Part shown: piece by piece, positions 57,721 through 64,000 of the stretch
Numbering within the stretch: position 1 is the stretch's first letter
Layout: each line of letters starts with the position of its first letter
DNA from: a virus
Lineage: Duplodnaviria; Caudoviricetes
Reading direction: 5' to 3' (one strand)
Virus record (IMG/VR): IMGVR_UViG_3300020432_000004
Length of the DNA: 64,000 nucleotides
The notes under the pieces: model-generated
Seen by the model: only the letters and a program-made list of their open reading frames with translations
What the model was told of the DNA's origin: nothing
Databases searched by the model: none
Made by a program: the position numbers and the translations under genes

Positions 57721-59879
57721 ACATCAATCAAGAAGTCAAAGGAACACTCGCTAGACTACTAGCAACAGAAAACCTTACAGTAGAGCATCGTAAGGTAAGC
57801 ACAGCATACTTCGATACAGAGAAGCGTCTACTATGTCTTCCTATCTGGAAGAATGCTTCTAACACAGTATACGATCTTCTAGTAGGTCATGAGGTAGGAC
57901 ATGCATTATACACACCTAACGAAAGACCAGAGAATGTTAACAAGTCATTCCTTAATGTTCTAGAGGATGTAAGAATCGAGAAGTTGATGAGAGCAGCATA
58001 TCCAGGTCTTAAGAAAACTTTCTTCAATGGATATGCAGAGTTATGGAAGGATGACTTCTTTGGTGTTGCTAACGAAGATGTAAATGAGATTGCTTTTATT
58101 GATCGTATCAATCTATTCTACAAAGGTTGCTATGACATGGAGTTCACTGATGAAGAGAGAGTATATGTAGAACGTGCAGGTGCAACAAAAACTTTTGATG
58201 AAGTTGTAGAACTAGCAATCGAACTATATGGTTTGATGGAAGAGAAAGATCTAGAGAAACTTGCATCATTACCTAACGAAGGAAATGACATGGACTTTGA
58301 TCTAGATGACTTTGAATTGACTCCATCTCAATCAGACAATCAAGGTGAAGAGCAGAGAATTGACTCTAAGAAACCTGCTCAGTCAGACTCTAATCCAGAA
58401 GATGAGGGAGATGAAGATGAGCAAGATGCACCACTACCTTCTACTATGGGTGGAGATACAGGTACTGTTGAGACAGAAGCAAAAACAGATGCAGCATTTA
58501 TAGAAGCATTAGATTCATTAATTGATGAGGATGCTAAAGAGTGGGTTTACTTAGACTTACCAAAGATCGACTTAGACAAATTCATCATACCTTCTAAGCA
58601 AATTACAGAGACACTATACTATCACTTCAACGGTAGAGCAATGTCTTCAAGCGACGAATATAACTGGTATATGGAGCAACTTAACTATGGAATCAAAAAG
58701 TATCTTGATTTCAAAAAGTCAGCATCTAAAACTGTAAACTATCTTGTAAAACAGTTTGAAATGAAGAAGTCTGCAGAGAACTACAAGAGACAGGCAACTT
58801 CTAAGACAGGTGTTATCAATACAAATGCACTTCACAAGTACAAGTTAACAGATGATATCTTTAAGAAAATCACTGTTGTTCCAGATGGTAAGAATCATGG
58901 TCTTGTAATGTATCTTGACTGGTCTGGTTCTATGTCTTGGACTATCCTTGATACACTTAAGCAAGTATACAATCTAGTTTGGTTCTGCAAAAAAGTAAAC
59001 ATTCCATTCAGAGTATACGGATTTGCTAGTGGTTTCAAAGGTGGTAGAGGTTACTACTATCATGGTAATGATCATACTCATCCATGCATGACACCAAAAG
59101 AAAATCAGTTAGCGATTGGTGATGATGTAGATTTACTAGAGTTCTTATCTTCTAGACAACGCACTAGAGATCTTGAAGAGTCAATGAAGTATCTCTTCCT
59201 ACAGTGCCAAAGTTTCCATAACTCACAGTTAGGATATTGTCATGAGTATAGTTTAGGTGGAACTCCATTAGCAGAAGCACTATATGCTTCACGTCAAATT
59301 GTTGACAGACTAAAGAGAGAAGAGAAAGTATCTAAAGTAAATGTTATCTGTCTAACTGATGGCGAAGCACAACCAATGAACTTCACTGCTAAGTCAACTT
59401 ATGAGCACAACGAAGGTCAGTGGTATGCAAAGAGTCTAGCAACTACTTATGGTAAAGTTTACTTCTTACGTGATAGAACAACTGGTTACACTAAGAAAAT
59501 AGATACTTGCTCAAGTGCTACTACATCAGGTATCGTAGGTTTCCTTAGAGAAATTACTGATTACAACTGGGTAGGTATTCGTCTATGCAACAAAGGTGAT
59601 GCAAATCGTATGTTCAGACAGTACGCTATGGCAGACTATGAGAAACTAGATAAGCAATGGAGAAAAGAAAGATGGGCATCTATCAAGAATGACTGTGGAT
59701 TTACTGAAGCATTCTTTATGCCTGACAGAGGTAACGGAGAAGGAACTCAGGATATCGAAGTCAAGCAAAAGAGTGAGGTTGCTACTAAGGCAGAACTACA
59801 ACGTGCATTCAAAAAGCACATGGGTTCTAAGATGACTAACAAGACAATCCTCAACGCATTCATCAATCAAATAGCATGA
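57717..59879 (+). CDS. CobT-like protein: N-terminal HExxH metallopeptidase-like domain, acidic linker, C-terminal vWA (MIDAS) domain
   Basis: HEVGHAL, NVLEDVRIE, LDWSGSM, GGTPL, LTDGEA. Confidence 0.85.
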   Translation: MNINQEVKGTLARLLATENLTVEHRKVSTAYFDTEKRLLCLPIWKNASNTVYDLLVGHEVGHALYTPNERPENVNKSFLNVLEDVRIEKLMRAAYPGLKKTFFNGYAELWKDDFFGVANEDVNEIAFIDRINLFYKGCYDMEFTDEERVYVERAGATKTFDEVVELAIELYGLMEEKDLEKLASLPNEGNDMDFDLDDFELTPSQSDNQGEEQRIDSKKPAQSDSNPEDEGDEDEQDAPLPSTMGGDTGTVETEAKTDAAFIEALDSLIDEDAKEWVYLDLPKIDLDKFIIPSKQITETLYYHFNGRAMSSSDEYNWYMEQLNYGIKKYLDFKKSASKTVNYLVKQFEMKKSAENYKRQATSKTGVINTNALHKYKLTDDIFKKITVVPDGKNHGLVMYLDWSGSMSWTILDTLKQVYNLVWFCKKVNIPFRVYGFASGFKGGRGYYYHGNDHTHPCMTPKENQLAIGDDVDLLEFLSSRQRTRDLEESMKYLFLQCQSFHNSQLGYCHEYSLGGTPLAEALYASRQIVDRLKREEKVSKVNVICLTDGEAQPMNFTAKSTYEHNEGQWYAKSLATTYGKVYFLRDRTTGYTKKIDTCSSATTSGIVGFLREITDYNWVGIRLCNKGDANRMFRQYAMADYEKLDKQWRKERWASIKNDCGFTEAFFMPDRGNGEGTQDIEVKQKSEVATKAELQRAFKKHMGSKMTNKTILNAFINQIA

Positions 59880-60499
59880 GTCTCTGGAAAAATTATCAGG
59901 AAGCGGTTTTTGAAACGTTTCCTGATTTGACATTTGAAAAACAACATGTTCACTGGATCAATGACAGGGGAGTAAACCTCACTGCTGACTTGTATTCTGG
60001 TAAACATTTTATTAAGTCTAGGCATGTTGATATATGGGATGACAAACTAAACATTCATAACAATGTAATCTATCCTAAGACAGGACATAACCTTCCCTGT
60101 TTTGGTATGGATCTCATGGGGTTCTTTGAAAAGAAAGTCATCATAGTATTTGACTTCCAACATCCTGTAGAAAAATATCTAATGTCTGTACCTGAGTTAC
60201 CAAAAGCAGAAGGAACATATAGATTCTTTGAACCTGGTAATCATTTCTCTGAAAATATATTTGTTAGGTATTGCACTATGTCTGAGGTAGATGATTATCT
60301 TCCTGACTTTAAAAAATATCTATCGGTATATAAAAGTATGTTAGATGAAGCACAACCCACAGGAGAGGATACTAGTTGCTATAATGATTTTGATAAGTAT
60401 ATGATAAGACTTGACCCTATCTCAGGATATCTAGGTAGTGCCTTTGGTAAAGAAGAATCAGATAAACTAATCAAGGAGTTCTTTTTCAGTTATGCATAA
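59876..60499 (+). CDS. pebS: Phycoerythrobilin synthase (ferredoxin-dependent bilin reductase)
   Basis: YPKTG..LPCFGMDLM, KKVIIVFDFQHP, YRFFEPGNHFS, DFDKYMIRLDP; both catalytic Asp equivalents present. Confidence 0.93.
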   Translation: MSLWKNYQEAVFETFPDLTFEKQHVHWINDRGVNLTADLYSGKHFIKSRHVDIWDDKLNIHNNVIYPKTGHNLPCFGMDLMGFFEKKVIIVFDFQHPVEKYLMSVPELPKAEGTYRFFEPGNHFSENIFVRYCTMSEVDDYLPDFKKYLSVYKSMLDEAQPTGEDTSCYNDFDKYMIRLDPISGYLGSAFGKEESDKLIKEFFFSYA

Positions 60500-61172
60500 T
60501 ATTAATCAGGACATAGCAGTTCTATTAGCATACTGTATGCAGGACTTTGAGGGTGTAGAACCATTAGAGTGTCCTATGCCAGAAGTTAAAAGGGAAGATC
60601 TTGTCATTAGAAATACAATGTACAAGACACCTAAACTTAGGAAGATACATTTAGAACTAGCAGAACTAAAAGGATTAAAGATATTACACTGTGTATTTTT
60701 TCCAGACCCTAATTATAATTTACCTATCTTTGGATGTGATATAGTTGCTAACGATAAGATTGTTAGTGCTGCTATTGTTGACGTATCACCAGTAAAAGGA
60801 TTTGAAGAGTGGGATAAGATTAGAGATATTAGTAATGCTTTTGACTTTAGTGAGAAGAGACATATACCTGCATGGGGTGATGATGTATTTTCTCCTTATG
60901 CTAAGTTTATGCGTTTAAGTAATGACAAAGACATATCAAACTTCTATGTTCTTGTAGTAAACTACTTAAAAACATATTGTGATCTAGTAGATTCTGCTGA
61001 AAAGGATGACAACTGGATCATGACTATGCTAAGATATGATGACCAGATTCATTATTGTAAACAACAAAAAAAGAATGACAAAACACGTGCCATTCTTGTA
61101 AATTTATTTGATGAAACTTGGGCAAATAATTACATAGATAATGTACTATTTGACCTTCCTAGGATTAAATAG
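60492..61172 (+). CDS. pcyA: Phycocyanobilin:ferredoxin oxidoreductase
   Basis: RKIHLELA..ILHCVFFP..LPIFGCDIV (His/Glu/His/Asp catalytic set), SAAIVDVSP, QKKNDKTR. Confidence 0.93.
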   Translation: MHNINQDIAVLLAYCMQDFEGVEPLECPMPEVKREDLVIRNTMYKTPKLRKIHLELAELKGLKILHCVFFPDPNYNLPIFGCDIVANDKIVSAAIVDVSPVKGFEEWDKIRDISNAFDFSEKRHIPAWGDDVFSPYAKFMRLSNDKDISNFYVLVVNYLKTYCDLVDSAEKDDNWIMTMLRYDDQIHYCKQQKKNDKTRAILVNLFDETWANNYIDNVLFDLPRIK

Positions 61173-61322
61173 ATTCCAGTTCTTATTGAAGATTACATCT
61201 ATGTAAACCCATTTTGCATAGTGAACTCCACGATAACACAGCAGGGCAAAGACCTTCTCTGGATTATGAATTTCTGGATCGTATTCTGGAACATCTGGTA
61301 TCTTCCAATTAATTTGTAACAT
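61146..61322 (-). CDS. 58-aa protein with DUF4278-like L.YRGV.Y motif
   Basis: Own translation MLQINWKIPDVPEYDPEIHNPEKVFALLCYRGVHYAKWV...; RBS AGGAGGT (61331-61337) and CTAAATA late promoter (61342-61348) on the minus strand. Confidence 0.75.
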   Translation of the reverse strand: MLQINWKIPDVPEYDPEIHNPEKVFALLCYRGVHYAKWVYIDVIFNKNWNLFNPRKVK

Positions 61323-61391
61323 TTGTCTTTACCTCCTGTAATATTTAGTGTTCGGAGATCCTAACAAAAAAGTTCAAGCAAGCACATTTTT

Positions 61392-61556
61392 ATGAAAACT
61401 ACCAAATGGTCTGCCTACATTCTATTACAATCTAATAGATTAACTAAAGTAGAATTTACAACCGAATCAAATTTAAGAGAAGATGCTGAACAACGTTGTA
61501 AAGCGATGTATGGAGTAAGTGATATCAGACAGCTTAAAAGAGAGTGGACAGTTTAA
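61392..61556 (+). CDS. 54-aa hypothetical protein (MKTTKWSAYILLQSNRLTKVEF...)
   Basis: Own translation; fills the gap before the cobS promoter. Confidence 0.6.
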   Translation: MKTTKWSAYILLQSNRLTKVEFTTESNLREDAEQRCKAMYGVSDIRQLKREWTV

Positions 61557-61602
61557 TTAGTGTACCACGTGGCTTGCAAATGGTATCGTTTACTATTATA
61601 AT
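61544..61602 (+). promoter_or_regulatory. Early-type promoter: GTGGACA...TGTACCAC inverted repeat plus TTGCAA-N17-TATAAT
   Basis: -35 at 61574-61579, -10 at 61597-61602, imperfect palindrome at 61544-61568. Confidence 0.7.
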
Positions 61603-61633
61603 AAATGTATAAATAAATGATTCCGATTACATC

Positions 61634-62704
61634 ATGACTTTCCAACCAATCTTTACTAAAGACGATCTCCTTAACTTCTTTCAAGCAGGAGACATAGACA
61701 CAGAACAAGTAAAAGCATTCGCTACAAAATACAATGTTCAGATTCAAAGTGTCACCAAGAGAATGAACAAACTTCCACAGTTCCAGAAACTAGGTCGTGG
61801 TCGTTGGAATCTTACTGCACAAGAGATTCATAAGGCATTTGTTGCACCTTCTGCACAACCTGCTGTTGAGACATCTTACATTCCTGATAAGGACAACACC
61901 TATGTTCCTTTCGGTAACTACAATAGTCTCAAGAAGATTATACAGTCTAAGATGTTCTATCCTGCGTTCATCACTGGTCTATCTGGTAACGGAAAGACTT
62001 TCTCTGTTGAGCAAGCATGTGCTGCTCTAGGACGTGAGTTGATCAGAGTCAACATTACTATCGAGACAGATGAAGATGATCTTATCGGTGGTTTCCGTCT
62101 TAACGATGGGTCAACTGTATGGCATAACGGTCCTGTTATTGAAGCACTCGAAAGAGGTGCAGTACTTCTCCTAGACGAGATCGACCTAGCATCTAACAAG
62201 ATTCTATGTTTACAATCTATCCTTGAAGGTAAGGGTGTATTCCTTAAGAAAATTGGAAGATTTGTAAAACCTGCTGCAGGTTTCACGATTATAGCCACCG
62301 CTAATACAAAAGGAAAAGGTTCTGACGATGGTAGATTCATAGGAACTAATGTTCTTAACGAAGCATTCCTTGAGAGATTCCCTATCACTTTTGAGCAAGA
62401 GTATCCATCTGCATCTATTGAGAATAAGATTCTAGCAAATCAAGGATGTGATAAAGAGTTCGCAGACAACCTAGTCAAGTGGGCAAGTATCATCCGTAAG
62501 ACATTCTTTGATGGTGGTGTTGATGAAGTGATTACAACACGTAGACTTGTTCACATTGTTCAAGCATTCAACATCTTCAACAACAGATTGACTGCTATCA
62601 CTCATTGTGTTAACCGTTTCGATGATGACACTAAGCAATCATTCCTTGATCTTTATACTAAAGTTGACGCAGGGGAAGAAACAGAGTATAATGAAGGGGA
62701 ATAA
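61634..62704 (+). CDS. cobS: CobS-like MoxR-family AAA+ ATPase
   Basis: GLSGNGKT, LLLDEID, ATANTKGKG, NEAFLERF. Confidence 0.92.
   Translation: MTFQPIFTKDDLLNFFQAGDIDTEQVKAFATKYNVQIQSVTKRMNKLPQFQKLGRGRWNLTAQEIHKAFVAPSAQPAVETSYIPDKDNTYVPFGNYNSLKKIIQSKMFYPAFITGLSGNGKTFSVEQACAALGRELIRVNITIETDEDDLIGGFRLNDGSTVWHNGPVIEALERGAVLLLDEIDLASNKILCLQSILEGKGVFLKKIGRFVKPAAGFTIIATANTKGKGSDDGRFIGTNVLNEAFLERFPITFEQEYPSASIENKILANQGCDKEFADNLVKWASIIRKTFFDGGVDEVITTRRLVHIVQAFNIFNNRLTAITHCVNRFDDDTKQSFLDLYTKVDAGEETEYNEGE
62664..62692 (+). promoter_or_regulatory. sigma70 promoter TTGACG-N17-TATAAT inside the cobS 3' end
   Basis: 17-bp spacer; upstream of the DUF3310-like gene and g45. Confidence 0.75.
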
Positions 62705-62716
62705 TAACCCTTCATT

Positions 62717-63031
62717 ATGAGGAAATACAATGAGGATGGATATCTAAAAGAGATTTCCGAATACATTGCTAATACATACCGAGGTCATTATTCTGTAGGA
62801 AACGTACAGACTCTTGACCTCATTGACTCTGTTGGTGATGCTGAAGCATTCTGTAGAAGTAATGTTCTAAAGTATGCATCACGTTATGATAGGAAAGGGA
62901 CAGCAAGAAAGGACATTCTAAAGATTGTTCACTATGGTCTACTCCTCCTACACTTCAACGACAAACGCGAAAAAGCAAATCAAACTAATGCAGGAACTCC
63001 TTCTGCCTTTACTGTAGATTACGACAAATGA
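62717..63031 (+). CDS. DUF3310-like protein (putative nucleotide kinase family)
   Basis: HY...QTLDLI...FCRSNVLKYASRY..KG...DILK. Confidence 0.75.
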   Translation: MRKYNEDGYLKEISEYIANTYRGHYSVGNVQTLDLIDSVGDAEAFCRSNVLKYASRYDRKGTARKDILKIVHYGLLLLHFNDKREKANQTNAGTPSAFTVDYDK

Positions 63032-63687
63032 TTATGATTACCAAACCCACTATTGAAATTCTAAAGAACTTTTGTTCTATCAACAAGTCTCTTGTTATTA
63101 AACCTGGCAATAGGTTAAGTACATTAAGTATCAATAAAAATATTCTTGCCTATGCTGATGTTGAGGAACAGTTTGATTCACAGATGTCTATCTATGATCT
63201 CTCAACATTTTTAGGTGGGTTATCTTTATTTGAGAAACCATCTATTGATACATCAAAAGATAATTATGTAACTGTTAGTGATGCTGCAGGACGTTCTAAA
63301 ACTAGATTCTTCTATGCCGATCCTGATATTATTACACAACCTCCAGAAAAGGAAATTACTCTTCCTAGTCAGGATGTTAGTTTCCATCTTGATGCTAATG
63401 TTCTTCAGCAACTTCAACGTGCTGCTTCAGTATATCAACTACCAGACTTATGTCTTTATGGTGACAGTGAAGTAATGAACTTGACTGTATGTGATAAGAA
63501 GAATGATACATCAAACAGTTATTCAGTTGAAGTAGGATCTACAGATGCTGAGTTCTGCTATTGTTTTAGAGTTGAGAATTTAAAACTATTACCTGGTGCA
63601 TATGATGTGTCAATAAGTAAAACTAACGTTGCACTCTTCCAAGGTAATGGGATAAAATATTTTATAGCACTAGAACCAAACACATGA
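63028..63687 (+). CDS. g45: Sliding clamp gp45
   Basis: ILKNFCSINKS, IYDLSTFL, ENLKLLPGAYDV, YFIALEP. Confidence 0.95.
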   Translation: MIMITKPTIEILKNFCSINKSLVIKPGNRLSTLSINKNILAYADVEEQFDSQMSIYDLSTFLGGLSLFEKPSIDTSKDNYVTVSDAAGRSKTRFFYADPDIITQPPEKEITLPSQDVSFHLDANVLQQLQRAASVYQLPDLCLYGDSEVMNLTVCDKKNDTSNSYSVEVGSTDAEFCYCFRVENLKLLPGAYDVSISKTNVALFQGNGIKYFIALEPNT

Positions 63688-64000
63688 ACATCTTTGTGAC
63701 TGACCCAGACCCCATTAAATCAGCACAAGTCTTACCAGACAAACACATAGTAAAGATGCCATTAGAGACATGTCAAATGCTTTCTATTGTTGCATCAGAG
63801 AAATGGGGTCATGGATTCGGTGTTCTACCTAAAGTAGATGGAGCACCATACAAAACAGATAAGGGTGCATTTCGTAATCACCCTTGTACTATCTGGGCAC
63901 AGAATAACTTTCGTTGGTTGATAGAACATGGTCTTGCATTGTGTGCAGAATATACACACAGATATAACAAGACACATAGTTGTCAATACACCATAGAGTG
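63684..64000 (+). CDS. Pyrimidine dimer DNA glycosylase-like protein (DenV family), 3'-truncated
   Basis: Own translation MNIFVTDPDP..SAQVLPDKHIVKMPLETCQML...NHPCTIWA...LCAEYTHRY; ATGA overlap with g45. Confidence 0.8.
   Translation, partial: MNIFVTDPDPIKSAQVLPDKHIVKMPLETCQMLSIVASEKWGHGFGVLPKVDGAPYKTDKGAFRNHPCTIWAQNNFRWLIEHGLALCAEYTHRYNKTHSCQYTIE

Noticed and set aside
61323-61391. Glutamine (glnA / Downstream-peptide) riboswitch upstream of the YRG-motif ORF
   Set aside because: The leader between the late promoter and the ATG is only ~20 nt, and I see no matching aptamer stems or conserved motif.
57717-62704. Cobalamin biosynthesis (cobaltochelatase) function for cobS and the CobT-like gene
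   Set aside because: There is no cobN or other cob gene in the window; the features fit a generic MoxR AAA+/vWA pair.
569-63475. The many 60-170 aa alternative-frame and minus-strand ORFs in the track
   Set aside because: They lie inside well-supported + strand genes and look like shadows of codon bias, with no RBS or motifs.
1-64000. tRNA or rRNA genes
   Set aside because: Intergenic gaps are short and explained by promoters, terminators or small ORFs; no cloverleaf was seen.

Overview
This window comes from an AT-rich T4-like marine cyanomyovirus (Kyanoviridae-like; a Prochlorococcus host is inferred from low GC plus pebS, pcyA and PTOX). Almost all genes lie on the + strand. In order it carries a giant virion protein (5'-truncated, >4000 aa), baseplate and fibre genes (gp9-like, gp7-like, g8, VrlC/DUF4815, a 2504-aa fibre), g13-g16, the g16-g17 variable island with PTOX, g17-g23, g3, uvsY, uvsW, g55, g47, g46, a CobT-like vWA/peptidase gene, pebS, pcyA, cobS, a DUF3310-like gene, g45 and a partial DenV-like glycosylase. 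The main observation is that the giant protein holds 19 copies of one ~100-aa domain that are not in tandem. They are recursively inserted into each other's loops and parse by hand as balanced brackets, giving a branched tree up to 7 levels deep. The fibre C-terminus shows an independent 5-deep nest, and other virion proteins carry smaller nests. Also notable are type-1 copper motifs in two virion proteins, a palindromic bidirectional sigma70 promoter before g55, a hairpin that could gate translation upstream of the g45 operon, an unannotated antisense late gene with a DUF4278-like YRG motif converging on pcyA, and apparent depletion of GCTGG/CCAGC. All calls rest on recognising motifs by eye; no searches were run.
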